Of a stretch of DNA of 64,000 nt, positions 41,505 through 51,972 are shown in pieces. Every line of letters begins with the position of its first letter. The first letter of the stretch is position 1. Source of the DNA: an uncultured Verrucomicrobiae bacterium (lineage in GTDB: Bacteria > Verrucomicrobiota > Verrucomicrobiia > Limisphaerales > Palsa-1400); contig CAVPOM010000004.1 of NCBI GenBank assembly GCA_963707025.1, forward strand, positions 416,001-480,000, written 5' to 3'. Under the pieces are notes generated by a model, which made no database searches, was not told where the DNA came from, and saw only the letters and a list, made by a program, of their open reading frames with translations. Both the position numbers and the translations under genes were made by a program.

Positions 41505-43007
41505 TTAGGCGGGTCCCGCGCCGGACTTTAAGCGGCGTTCCGCCAGTTCGTTGGAGATCTGGATCGTGAGACTTTTGTTGATAGGGTAAGCGATGAGCAA
41601 AATGGTGCAGATGACAAAAAGGACGCCGACATAAATGCTGGACAAAGCGCGGAAGCCCTGCAAGTTCTCCGGCGTCGGAGCCACTTTGGCATCGTAGCCA
41701 TAAAACCCGGCCAGGATCCACAGGCCCGCAGCGGCGCCGAGGCTCAGGCCCAATTTAAGGGCAAAACAAATCGTGGCGAAAACCATGCCGGTGGCGCGCC
41801 GCCCGGTTTTCCATTCGGAATAATCCGCCACGTCAGCGTAAATGGCCCAGACCAGGCTGATAGTCGGGGCATAGACGATGGCGACGAAAACGGTCACGGC
41901 GATCATTCCCCAGATGTTGGTCGGTGAGAGAAAATAAAATGCCAGCGTGCCGAGGCTGGCCAACCCGAACCCGGCCACGGCCACGGCCTTCTTGCCAAAT
42001 CGCTTCGCCAACGAAGGGGAGAGGAGGATGACGATGATGGTAACGCCAGTCCCGATCATATTGACAATACTGTAGGCCACACCGGCCACATTGGATTTAT
42101 CCGGCAGAACGATGTAGCCCAGCCAGTTCAAAATGCCGCCCGGCGGTGCGGAACCAGCCGGCACAGTCAGACCCAGCCACTGCAACCAATCGTAGAGGGC
42201 GGCCTTGTCCGCATAATTCATGTAGTAATTGTACAATGCGCCCCCCCGCAGCGCCAGAATCGTGAAGTGGGTGAAGGTCATGCAGAACATGATCTTCCAC
42301 GGAAAATTGCTGAACAGATCGGCAAAATCCTGGCGGGGCGGCGTTTTTTCCCTGGAGATGGGCTCGATGCGCTCTTTGGTGGTCAGAAACGTGATCAGGA
42401 ACAGCGCCAGGCAAAGTATCGCCCAAAGCCCCATGGTCATCTGCCAGCCGTATTGCTTGTCGTGGCCCAGGGCGAATTTCGCCACCAGCGGCAGCGTGAA
42501 GCCGCCGACGATAAATTGCGCGGCGTTGACGGAAACGAAACGGTAGGAATTGAGTTTGGCGCGCTCCAGGACATCACCGGTCATGACACCGCCCAAGCGC
42601 CGCATAGGGCATGTTGTTCGTCGAGTAAAGCGTCATCAACAGGATGTTGGTCACGAACGGCATAGGCGATTTTCAGCTGTGCTGCCGAAATGCGGCGTGG
42701 TGTAGGCCAGAACCATGACCACCGCCCAGGGCACCGAGGTCCAGAGCACCCAGGGACGAAACTGGCCCCAGCGCGTTTGCGTGCGGTCGGCCAGAACGCC
42801 CATAATCGGGTCAAAGAACGCGTCCCACAATCGCGAAACCAGCAGGAGCGTCGCCGCCAGACCGGCGCTCAGGCCGAACACGTCCGTGTAGAAATTCGCC
42901 TGGAACAGAATCATCGTCATGAAGACGAAATTCGCGGCCGCGTCTCCGCGCGCTGTAGCCCGCCTTTTCGACGAACGAAAGTTTCTGGTGGAAGTGTGCT
43001 CGGCCAT
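41505..43007 (-). CDS. glycoside-pentoside-hexuronide:cation symporter (GPH/MFS_2), several frameshifts
   Basis: GDAAANFVF, FYTDVFGL, RLWDAFFDPIMGVLADRT..RWGQFRPW, ADYSEWKTGRRATG. Confidence 0.85.
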
Positions 43008-43017
43008 ATTAACGGGT

Positions 43018-45409
43018 TTACTTCGCACCGTCAAAATCACTTTTTGCAGATCGCTGTCCCGCGAGGAATTGCCGACCATGATTTCGAACTCGCCCGGCTC
43101 GACGACGTATTTCATGTTGATGTCATAAAATGCCAGCGATTCGGGGGTGATGTCCAGCGCGACGGTCTGGGTTTCGTCCGGGAGGCAGTGAAACTTTTTT
43201 GAAGCCCTTTAATTCCTTGACGGGCCGGGTGACGGAGCTGACCAGGTCGCGGATATACATTTGCACGACTTCCGTCCCGGCGCGTTTGCCGGTGTTGGTC
43301 ACGTCCACTAGAATCTTGTGTTGACGCCGTCACGCCTGATTCTTTTTCTTTGCCAGCCGGAGGTTCTTGCAAGGCGAACGTCGTGTAGCTCAGACCGAAA
43401 CCGAAAGGGATAGAGCGGCGACGCCTCGTCGAACAAATAGCCGCGGCGGGCCGGAAGGTTTGTAATTGTAGAAAGCCGGGCAGGTGTCCTGCCGAACGGG
43501 GAATGGTAATGGGCAGTTTCCCGCCTGGATTGAATCGCCGAATAGAACTTCGGCGACCGCATGGCCGGTTTCCTGGCCGAGATACCAGCACTCAAAAATC
43601 GACCGGCACGTTTTCACTCAAGATACTGGATGGAAAGCGGGCTGCCGTTGAACAGAAAGACGATGACCGGTTTGCCGGTCGAAAGCATGGCGGTGACCAG
43701 TTCCTGTTGCTGCCCGACCAACTCCAGGCGCGTCCGGTCGCCCATGTGCTTAAGCGACCAGGCTTCGCGCGAAGTCTGCTCGTTGCCGCCGATGGCCAGC
43801 ACGATCACGTCCGCATTCCGGGCGACCTTGACCGCTTCCTGGATTTGTTTGCGGTCATCCTCCGGATGGCTGGGCGTGACCAAATCCTGGTTCCACGAGC
43901 CGCCGACGCGTAATCTTGCAGCCTTCCCAATAAGGCACTTGCACCCGGTCACCCACTTTCGCGCGGATGCCTTCCAGCAGCAGAGATGAAAGAATTTGGG
44001 TTTGCCGCTGTAGCCGCCCAGCAGTTCGCGGTCCGCGTTCGGTCCGATGACCGCGATGGATTTAATTTTGCGCGGATTCAGCGGCACCAGATTGTTCTCG
44101 TTTTTCAGCAGCGTGATGGTTTCCCGCGCGGCCTGCAGCGCCAGCTTGCGGTTGGCTTCGCAGCCGACAATTCCGCTCGGCTTCGTCCGGGATCCACGTA
44201 ACGGATCGTCGAACAAGCCCAGTCTTGAATTTCCAGTACAGCATGGGCGCGACCAGTTCGTCCAGGTGCGGATTCCTTGAGCACGCCTGTTGCGGACCAG
44301 TTCGACCAGATGCAAATAACAATCCGGCTCCGGCAATTCGATGTTGACTCCCGCGCGGACGGCCAGCAGCGCAGGCTTCCCTTTTGTCCTTGGCCACCCA
44401 ATGGCCGTGCGTGTCGGGGCGATGGCTCAATTCCCAGATCGCGTAGTAATCGGAAACGACGAAGCCTTTGAAGCCCCATTCCTGGCGCAGCACGTCGCGC
44501 AGCAGCCATCGCTGGCGTGCGACGGCACGCCGTCAATTTCATTGTACGACGGCCATCACGCTGATGGCGCCCGGCCTTTTGAATGCACTCCTTGAACGGA
44601 CGCAAAAAAGTTTCGCGCAGCACGCGCATGGAGACATTGGCCGGCGCGCAATTCATGCCCGATTCCGGCTGGCCGTGGGCGGCAAAATGTTTCAGCGTGG
44701 CGATGACATGCTTTTTGTCCTTGAACGAAGCGTCGCCCTGAAATCCCCGCACCGCGGCCATGCCCAGTTGCGTCACCAGGTAAGGGTCTTCGCCGAAGGT
44801 TTCCTCCACGCGTCCCCAGCGCGGCTCCCGCGCCACATCCACCACCGGCGTCAGCGCCTGATGCGTCGCCGCGGGCGCGCGCTTCTTCCGCCGCCATGGT
44901 GTAAAGCGCCTCCACCAATTCGGGATTGAAAGTCGCGGCCAGGCCGATGGGTTGCGAAAAACTGGTCGCATCCTTGGCGGCGTGGCCGTGCAGACATTCC
45001 TCGTGGAACATCACCGGGATGCCCAGCCGGCTGTTCTCGATGAAGAATTTCTGAATGGCGTTGGTCAACTCGGCCGTCGCTTTGCGCGTCCTTCCCCCCG
45101 CCGGCGTCGCTCGGGCCGCCCAACCTGGCCCAAGCCATGCCCCTTTTTGAAACTGGCTTTGGCCTTCTGCAGATCGAAATTGCCCGCCGCATCCAGCAAG
45201 GTTTCGGATTTCTTCTGCCAGACGCACATCATTTGCGCGGCCTTTTCCTCCAGCGTCATCCGCCGGAGCAGGTCTTGCACCCGCTCCGCCACGGGCAGAC
45301 CCGCCTTCTTGTACGGAGCTTCGGCCCCGGGTCGTTTTCCAGTGGAAGCAGAACGCGTATCGGACAGGGGAACACTTCGTTTGGTCCAAGTCGGCCGTTG
45401 CTGTTTCAT
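43018..45409 (-). CDS. GH3 beta-glucosidase/beta-xylosidase, many frameshifts
   Basis: [88 protein letters not shown] across frames. Confidence 0.85.
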
Positions 45410-45539
45410 GAATTCCTGTTGCGCGCCGGCCATCACAATGGCCGGTCGCGGGCTGGTAGATTACCCGGCCGCTTTTGGGTCGTCCAGTCTGCGGTTTGAA
45501 ATCATGGCCGGAGTATTTCAGGCAGAACACCCCGGCGGA

Positions 45540-45572
45540 ATGGAGGATATTATGATTTGCATGGACAATCCT
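45540..45572 (-). promoter_or_regulatory. 21-bp-period tandem repeat (AraC-type site candidate) upstream of GH3 operon
   Basis: Minus strand AGGATTGTCCATGCAAATCATAATATCCTCCAT, closely matching 14477..14509. Confidence 0.6.
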
Positions 45573-45766
45573 CTGGCCAGACCGCTTCTCTGCGGCGCCA
45601 TTGGATTTATCATGCCAGGAGAATTGCCTGGCCCATTTCAACTGCCTGGCGCCTGGTCTGCTCTTTGAAGAGGGCGCGCACTCCGTGGGCGCCGCGTCGG
45701 ACAATTCCGGCCTGGCGGGACCCTGCCGCGTAATGCGGCTGCAGTATATGTGAAACCGCTCTAAAA

Positions 45767-45850
45767 TGGTGCGCGAGAGAGGATTCGAACCTCCACCCCT
45801 TGCGGGACCAGATCCTAAGTCTGGCGTGTCTGCCATTCCACCACTCGCGC
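45767..45850 (-). tRNA. tRNA-Leu (anticodon TAG)
   Basis: GCGCGAG acceptor stem, TGGAATGGCAGAC D-arm, CCAGA-CTTAGGA-TCTGG anticodon arm, long variable arm, GGTTCGAATCC, encoded CCA. Confidence 0.95.
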
Positions 45851-45979
45851 CGCGGACGTTCCGGCTGACCATACCCCATTCCCGCCGCCACTGGCAAGTT
45901 TTCGGCGAAGAGGGTAGTGCCTTAATTTCATTGTTGTAGTGTCGGCGCGACACGGGAACGTGTGGCGGACAAAATCTGC

Positions 45980-46165
45980 TTACGGCACTGGTATGCCCAG
46001 ATCGCGGCAAATTTTCCGGGCAAGAAACTTGTTGATCTCCTAGTGCCGCGGCACGGCGGAGCGCCGATTTGAAGCCGGGTTGCCCTACCATGAGTGGTCG
46101 CTGCCTTCGCGGATGAAAACGCACCCGTGGGCCGTGAGATGGCGGATTAGTTCCCGCCGTTTCAC
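45980..46165 (-). pseudogene. hicA: HicA-family toxin with two in-frame TAG stops
   Basis: VKRRELIRHLTAHGCVFIREGSDHSW*GNPASNRRSAVPRH*EINKFLARKICRDLGIP; overlaps hicB stop (GTGA). Confidence 0.8.
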
Positions 46166-46374
46166 AGAACGATGGCTTCCTCCTGGTACCCTTCCTGCGC
46201 GGCGGCGAGGGCATCCTCGCGATTAAACTCCAACGCCTCTTTTAATGCGGAGCGCAAGTTCTTCAGAAGCTCGGCGTGGGTTTTGCCCTGGCAATTGACC
46301 CCGGGAATTTCCTGCACCCAGCCAATCCACCACCCACCGTCCTGTTTGATAACTGCCGTAAAATGCCGATTCAT
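46162..46374 (-). CDS. hicB: HicB-family antitoxin
   Basis: FTAVIKQDGGWWIGWVQEIPGVNCQGKT..ELLKNLRSAL. Confidence 0.85.
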   Translation of the reverse strand: MNRHFTAVIKQDGGWWIGWVQEIPGVNCQGKTHAELLKNLRSALKEALEFNREDALAAAQEGYQEEAIVL

Positions 46375-46384
46375 GTTTCAAAAG

Positions 46385-47835
46385 CACAGCCATCCCACAG
46401 GAAATTGGAAAAGAGTGTTGGCTTGACCATTTGAACCTGCCACAAGGCAGGCATGAAAAACAAAAAAATCAAACCAACACGGTCCCGGTTTAACGTTTTG
46501 CGCCAGATTTGCAATCTCATTCCTGCGCATGAAGTCTCCAAAATAGCGCGGGAGACCGGGGCTCTGGATAAGTCGCGCACCTTCAGTCCGTGGAGTCACA
46601 CGGTCAGTTTGCTGGACGCGCAACTCACCCATTGCATCGGACTCAACGATCTGTGCGACTCGCTGCAATTGCATTCCGGGCCGCTGTCCACTTTGCGCGG
46701 CGCCAGCGCCCCCAGCCGCAACGGCCTCTCCCACGCCAACCGGGAGCGTCCGGCCCAGATGGCCGAACAACTCTTCTGGCGGGTCCTGGAGCATTTGAAA
46801 GCACAGACGCCCGGCTTTGCCGCGGGCCAGCGCCGTGGCCCCGCCTTCCGTTTCAAGATGCCCATCCATGTGATTGATAGCACGACCATGGAACTGGTGG
46901 CCAACTGCCTGGACTGGGCCAAGCACCGCCGGCGCAAGGCCGCCGCCAAAACCCATATGCGGTTGAATCTGCAGAATCTTTTGCCCGGTTTTGTCATTGT
47001 GGACACTGCCGCCGAGCACGACAACCGACGGGCGCGGGAACTGTGCGCCGACTTGAAGAGCGGCGAAATCGCCTTGTTCGACAAGGGTTATGTGGACTTC
47101 GGCCACTTGCGGGATTTGGACGGGCGCGGGGTCTTTTGGGTGACGCGGGCCAAGGAGAACATGGGCTATGAGGTGGTGCGGAAAATGCCCGCCTCCAGAG
47201 ACCCGAAGATTTTGCGCGACGAAGTGATCGTCCTGAGCAACGAGAACAAACCCGCGCCGGAGTTGATGCGCCGGGTGGTGGCGCTGGTCGAGATTGATGG
47301 AGAGGAACGGGAAATGACCTTCCTGACCAACAACCTGGAGTGGAGTCCGCGCAGCGTGGCCGACCTTTACCGCTGCCGCTGGCAGATCGAAGTCTTCTTC
47401 AAACAAATCAAGCAGACCTTGCAGTTGGCGGATTTTCTGGGCCACAACGCCAACGCCGTGCGCTGGCAGGTGTGGACGGCGCTGTTGACCTACGTGCTGT
47501 TGCGCTACCTCAGTCACCTCTCCAACTGGGCGCACAGCTTCACCCGGCTGTTCACGATTTTGCGGGCGGCGCTCTGGGAGAAATATGATCTGCTCAATTT
47601 GCTGGCGTGCTATGGGACAGCAGGCGGCAGCTTTCGCCACTTGGCGCGGCCCGAGCAGGCGTATTTCCCCGGCTTCCAATAAAGCTATGGGACAGCACAC
47701 GCGCCCAAACAGGCGCATACCAAACCCAAAAGCCAAACTCGGAAAAATCAAAATCTCATTTTACCCCGAAGACCAATTAAACCCTTGCAAATGAACAGGT
47801 CAGCACCAGACTTTTCCCCTTATGAGACGGGTGTG
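46385..47835 (+). mobile_element. IS4-family element (DUF4372-type), imperfect IRs, no target duplication seen
   Basis: CACAGCCATCCCACAGG vs reverse complement CACACCCGTCTCATAAG (12/17). Confidence 0.7.
46453..47682 (+). CDS. IS4 family transposase
   Basis: IDSTT, FDKGYVDF, LYRCRWQIEVFFKQIKQ, GHNANAVRWQVWTAL. Confidence 0.92.
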   Translation: MKNKKIKPTRSRFNVLRQICNLIPAHEVSKIARETGALDKSRTFSPWSHTVSLLDAQLTHCIGLNDLCDSLQLHSGPLSTLRGASAPSRNGLSHANRERPAQMAEQLFWRVLEHLKAQTPGFAAGQRRGPAFRFKMPIHVIDSTTMELVANCLDWAKHRRRKAAAKTHMRLNLQNLLPGFVIVDTAAEHDNRRARELCADLKSGEIALFDKGYVDFGHLRDLDGRGVFWVTRAKENMGYEVVRKMPASRDPKILRDEVIVLSNENKPAPELMRRVVALVEIDGEEREMTFLTNNLEWSPRSVADLYRCRWQIEVFFKQIKQTLQLADFLGHNANAVRWQVWTALLTYVLLRYLSHLSNWAHSFTRLFTILRAALWEKYDLLNLLACYGTAGGSFRHLARPEQAYFPGFQ

Positions 47836-48759
47836 TTTTATTTCGTAGTCTTTGCCGTTTGCAGTGGCCTTCCGCAATGACTCATAAAACGGAGTGCCTT
47901 TGATCTTAGTCAGCGTGGATGCCTTTATTAAGTACGGCTTTACGGCTTTGCCCCACCAATCGGAAACTGTATTTTTGTTGAAAGGCGGTAGCTGGCGGTA
48001 AACGAACACCTCGGGATTGTGAGGGTAGTGGTCTCGAATCCAATCTTCAAGGGTGACATTACGATATTTCTCCCATTCGCTGCCTGGGTGCTCTTTGGCG
48101 AGTTCTTGCATTTGCTGCAATGACCCTTCATCCCATTTTATTCTTCGCTGCCAAGACGCAATTTCCTCAAGAATTTCAGCAACAAGTCGCGTCGCTGGCT
48201 TATCCAACTGGTGCATGGCGCTTGAATCCATGTTCACGATGGAGGCTTGGGACAATCCGATAGCTTTCGAAACGGCTTCGAAGTCATGCGTGAAAGTCTT
48301 CGACTTTGCACGCAGCGACGGGAGAAACAGGGCATCGCTCGCCAATAATTTTAGGCTTTCAGGTTTCGAGAGGGCGACGTGATGTATGACCTCCGCGAAC
48401 AGTTGTCCTCCGCACCACGCACAAATAAGCGCGGAAGGCTCGCCAGCGCGGGCAAACACCGCCACTTTTTCGCTTATCCAATTTGCGCGTGTGCAAAGGC
48501 AACTTATCGCATCGTCATGAAAACGATCATCCGTTGCGTCCGTGTAATTTGCCTTGTAAAAGAACGCTTTCGACTCAACTATCTTCAAAAGCATTTCTAC
48601 TCCATAATCTATTGCCTGATGAGCTTCAGTCATGGCCGCTCGCGGGTCTGCCTTTACGTGTGCGGCAATGCGCTTCTTCTGTTTTTGGTATCGCTCAATC
48701 AATTCTTGCCACTCGGTGTTGGCAACTTTAGCTTTATGGGTATTAACTCTCATTCTCAT
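47800..48759 (-). CDS. hypothetical protein, 3' end truncated by IS4
   Basis: 319-aa ORF whose last codons (HTRLIRGKVWC) come from the IS end. Confidence 0.65.
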   Translation of the reverse strand: MRMRVNTHKAKVANTEWQELIERYQKQKKRIAAHVKADPRAAMTEAHQAIDYGVEMLLKIVESKAFFYKANYTDATDDRFHDDAISCLCTRANWISEKVAVFARAGEPSALICAWCGGQLFAEVIHHVALSKPESLKLLASDALFLPSLRAKSKTFTHDFEAVSKAIGLSQASIVNMDSSAMHQLDKPATRLVAEILEEIASWQRRIKWDEGSLQQMQELAKEHPGSEWEKYRNVTLEDWIRDHYPHNPEVFVYRQLPPFNKNTVSDWWGKAVKPYLIKASTLTKIKGTPFYESLRKATANGKDYEIKHTRLIRGKVWC

Positions 48760-49211
48760 TTGGCGGGGCGCTTGAAGTAAAGGATGATGTAGGCGGTGCG
48801 CGTATTAACAAAGGCCATTTTGCCGATTTGCGCGGGGTCCGGGCTAAGAGTTTCGACCTGGGGTACGGCGGCGACAAGTTCCCACCCATGTTCTCCGGCA
48901 ATGTTCGGTTCTGTGTCCAGGTCAACAAAGTTGCCGGGCATGGCTTCAATCAGCGCAACGGTCGTGCGGTCGGGTTTCGGCTTATCCTGCTCTTTCGCCA
49001 GCGCCCTGGTTTCCACGTTGGTTTCGATGACGACTTTGTATTCCCAATTGGTCATGCGCGGAGGTTCTGGGGACGGTGCCGGAGCTGGGGCTTCCACAAT
49101 GGCTGCCTGGGCGGGAGCCGGTGGCTGCTGAATGGGTCGTGCGGTGGGTTTACAGGCACAGATTGATGAGAGGATAAACAGGGAGACTGGGATTGACAGG
49201 ATGGGTTTCAT
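48756..49211 (-). CDS. putative lipoprotein with DUF4177-like motifs
   Basis: Hydrophobic leader ending ICAC; WEYKVV...GEHGWELVAA...YFKRP. Confidence 0.7.
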   Translation of the reverse strand: MKPILSIPVSLFILSSICACKPTARPIQQPPAPAQAAIVEAPAPAPSPEPPRMTNWEYKVVIETNVETRALAKEQDKPKPDRTTVALIEAMPGNFVDLDTEPNIAGEHGWELVAAVPQVETLSPDPAQIGKMAFVNTRTAYIILYFKRPAK

Positions 49212-49254
49212 GGCTTCATTTTTCGGTGTTGGCGCGGAGGAGCGAGAGGGTGTG

Positions 49255-50247
49255 CTACTGCTCTTTGATTTCGGCAGTTGTTTCGTTGGTCTTATTTACT
49301 TGGAATAGGAGTTGACGGTCTAGTGCTTTAATTCGCCGTTTCAGAGGCAAATGCGGGTTCAGTTCTAGGGCGCGTTTCAGGCACGCCAGTTCATCCGCTG
49401 GAACACCTATGGCACCATACATCGTTGCAGAGGCTGCCCAAGCCCGAGCTCGCCATTTCGGGTATCGATCAAAATACTGGGTTGTCGTCAGCTTTGCCAG
49501 CGAATCACAAAGCCAATTCCAGCGCCCTTCGTCACGTACGAGAGGCGTTTCGCCAAGCGAACTCTCCACTTCCTCAAGCAAACGAAATGTGGTGTCCTTC
49601 TCTGCTCGCTCCTGGGCGACCTGCTGGTTTCGCCTCTCGTAATCTGCCTTTGCCTGCTCCGCTTGTTCGCGCTGCTGGTGGCGTTTGTGAGCCACACGCT
49701 CTTCCCGCGTTGCTCCCGGCCTAGGACCGCCGTGTCGGTAGATGGCCTCTTCCAACTCGCGCTTGGTTTCAAGCAAAAGCTCCATAGGTGGTCCCTTTCC
49801 GTCCTGCCACAAACTCGGGCCCTTAGGCAGTTCGGCCAATTTGGCGTCCAATTCCGCCTCACTGACAACACCCATGACGATGGCCTCATCTTGATCTATC
49901 CAACGCCAAGACGCACAACTGCTCTGCGCATAAGGCGGATACGGGTTGCCCAAGCCGTCGTCAAACGTGCCACTTAACCGATCCCAGATGGCATCCCACT
50001 TTGCTGCAATCATTCGACCTTCATAAAGTGTTCCGCCACAGCGTGCCCAACGAGCGTGCCATTCGTTTGTGTTTTCCTCCCAAAACAACGACAGGGTGAG
50101 TTCCCACGCCGGCCAAGTGCGCAAAGAAATCCTATCATTCCGGCGCTCCCAATCGGCGCGGCCGGATCGCTGGCTCTCGACGATGCGCTGGGCAAGGCGT
50201 TCTTGACCCCAGTGTTCAAGCCACTCCTCGAATGTCAAAAGATTCAT
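49255..50247 (-). CDS. hypothetical protein with phage MuF/head-morphogenesis-like N-domain and C-terminal TPR-like helix
   Basis: WPAWEL...WHARWARCGGTLYEGRMIAAKWDAIW...GNPYPPY; CLKRALELNP. Confidence 0.55.
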   Translation of the reverse strand: MNLLTFEEWLEHWGQERLAQRIVESQRSGRADWERRNDRISLRTWPAWELTLSLFWEENTNEWHARWARCGGTLYEGRMIAAKWDAIWDRLSGTFDDGLGNPYPPYAQSSCASWRWIDQDEAIVMGVVSEAELDAKLAELPKGPSLWQDGKGPPMELLLETKRELEEAIYRHGGPRPGATREERVAHKRHQQREQAEQAKADYERRNQQVAQERAEKDTTFRLLEEVESSLGETPLVRDEGRWNWLCDSLAKLTTTQYFDRYPKWRARAWAASATMYGAIGVPADELACLKRALELNPHLPLKRRIKALDRQLLFQVNKTNETTAEIKEQ

Positions 50248-50579
50248 TTCCTGGGTGAAAACTAGAGCCACGGTTCCCGTAGGTAAAGTGGAAATTGGTG
50301 GCGTGGCGCGATTCCATGTGATAGCGCGGAGTGGATGTTTGCCAAAAGGCGCTCGCTCTATCGAAGGTGATTGCGAACGGCGAAGCCCTGCCCTGGTGGT
50401 GACGGCATTGGCCGCAGTGTTGCGAGGGCAGCCGGGGCGCAATCCTGCGGACAATGACGACACGACCAGGCACTTGTCGGGGCGGAGCGTTCGCGTGTTG
50501 GCATTCGGCTTGGCCTTCCTGCCTTTAGCAAGCCGGATGACGACACGGGAACGAGCCGCGGGGAAATCCCCTGTTTCAA

Positions 50580-50603
50580 TTTGTGCCACTTTTTGTGCCA
50601 CTT
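50580..50603. repeat. tandem 12-bp repeat, integrase arm-site candidate
   Basis: TTTGTGCCACTT x2, about 120 bp inside the island end. Confidence 0.6.
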
Positions 50604-50723
50604 TCATGGTTTTCTCGAACCTCCCCGGCAGTGTGGCGAAAAGTGAGTTTTCCCCTTTAAAATCAAGGGGTTTGACGTGGTTTAAGCAATGGAAAGAATT
50701 GACATAAAATGGCTATTTCTCGA

Positions 50724-50817
50724 ATCCTAAGTCTGGCGTGTCTGCCATTCCACCACTCGCGCCGCGGACGTTGCGGCTGACAATACCCCGTTTCCGCCGC
50801 CACTGGCAAGTTTTCGG
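50724..50817 (-). repeat. duplicated tRNA-Leu 5' half plus promoter (att site)
   Basis: 49 bp identical to 45812..45860, 90/94 over full length; breaks just after the anticodon loop. Confidence 0.85.
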
Positions 50818-50915
50818 GAAAGTGAGCAGCTTTCTAATTTGTTGTAGCGTCGAGCCTGTGGGTCGAAATCGGCGCACAGCGCCGACACTACAACAAGCTT
50901 GGGAGCGACGAGAGT

Positions 50916-51653
50916 TCAGGGAAACACCAGCCGAATTCCATTCGTCCCCGGGAAATTAGTCCCGGCCTGCGCATTTATCAGCCAGTTCTGTCTCAGACTC
51001 GCCGACGACATCACTTGCCCGCTTCCGTCGCCCAGCAAAATATTTCCAGAGCCTGCTGGATCCCCGTGCGAATGCATCTTCAACGACCAGGAGACAGGGG
51101 TGTTGGTGAAGAGGACGACATTATTGCCTTGTCCATTCGTGGGCGAATAGCCGTAATTGGGATCGGGGACGGTGCCGGGACCGAGGTTGCGATCCCCACC
51201 TGCTATGGCCTGCGGATAGACGTCGCTGGTGTCCATTCCCACAAAATAAGAGACGTGGGTGTTATCGAAGCCATTGGTGAAAGTTTTGGCGGGCTTCCGT
51301 TCGTCGGCGGGGCAAACCACAATCGCCGGCGATTCGCCCAACTCCTTCCGGAGGATCGCGTAGTTTGTCCACAAGTACTTGCCAGCCTTGGAATTCGTCA
51401 GAAGCTCGCTCCAACCGCCGGTGGTAATGGAGGTCTGCCATGGCACGAGATCGCCATGATCCCCCGCCCAAAGGCGATAGGCGGTGCCAATACACATCAT
51501 GTTGTTCAGGCAATAGATACGCCAAGCCTTCTGGCGCGCTTTTTGCACGGCGGGCACAATGATCATCGCCAGCAACGCAACAACCACCAGGATTACCACC
51601 ACCAAATCCCGTCGCGTGAACCCTCCTTTCGCTTGTTGTGTCAAGCGTTTCAT
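50916..51653 (-). CDS. pilin/pseudopilin-like protein with degenerate cleavage motif
   Basis: GG|FTRRDLVVVILVVVALLAM; CLNNM, CPAD, H...GNILLGDGS. Confidence 0.8.
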   Translation of the reverse strand: MKRLTQQAKGGFTRRDLVVVILVVVALLAMIIVPAVQKARQKAWRIYCLNNMMCIGTAYRLWAGDHGDLVPWQTSITTGGWSELLTNSKAGKYLWTNYAILRKELGESPAIVVCPADERKPAKTFTNGFDNTHVSYFVGMDTSDVYPQAIAGGDRNLGPGTVPDPNYGYSPTNGQGNNVVLFTNTPVSWSLKMHSHGDPAGSGNILLGDGSGQVMSSASLRQNWLINAQAGTNFPGTNGIRLVFP

Positions 51654-51972
51654 AAGGCAATACTCGGGCCATTGCGCCGCCAAGTCAAGCAAAAATCGGC
51701 GGGAAAAAGCCGGGCCTCAATCATTAGCGACTTTTTCGGGGAGCGCGGTCGTCTCGACCGCATCCGTCGGCGTCCCGCCGGCGGAATCTCTCGTCCGAAA
51801 TCGGCGCACCTTTTGGATGCGTCTGCAAGCACATCGCTAATGATCCCGGAGCAGAGGGCAGTCACGGATGGCAGGCCGAAACTCCGTCGAGCAGATCATG
51901 GAGAGCATCGAAGGGGCGAACCATAGGGAGCAACTTATCGAAGACCTGACCGATCTGATGAAGGGCGGTAAG

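Larger units (their letters stand above)
45851..50723. mobile_element. decayed genomic island at tRNA-Leu (no integrase left)
   Basis: Bounded by 94-bp direct repeat (45812..45905 vs 50724..50817); AT-richer ORFs, TA pair, IS4, arm-like repeats. Confidence 0.75.

Noticed and set aside
42580..45200. Apparent pseudogenisation of GH3 and GPH transporter
   Set aside because: Damage is almost all single-base indels with motifs intact, and the same pattern hits rho and cysK, so low-coverage long-read error is more likely.
45767..46165. tRNA with TAG anticodon as amber suppressor for the hicA TAG codons
   Set aside because: Anticodon UAG reads CUA/CUG leucine codons; an amber suppressor needs anticodon CUA.
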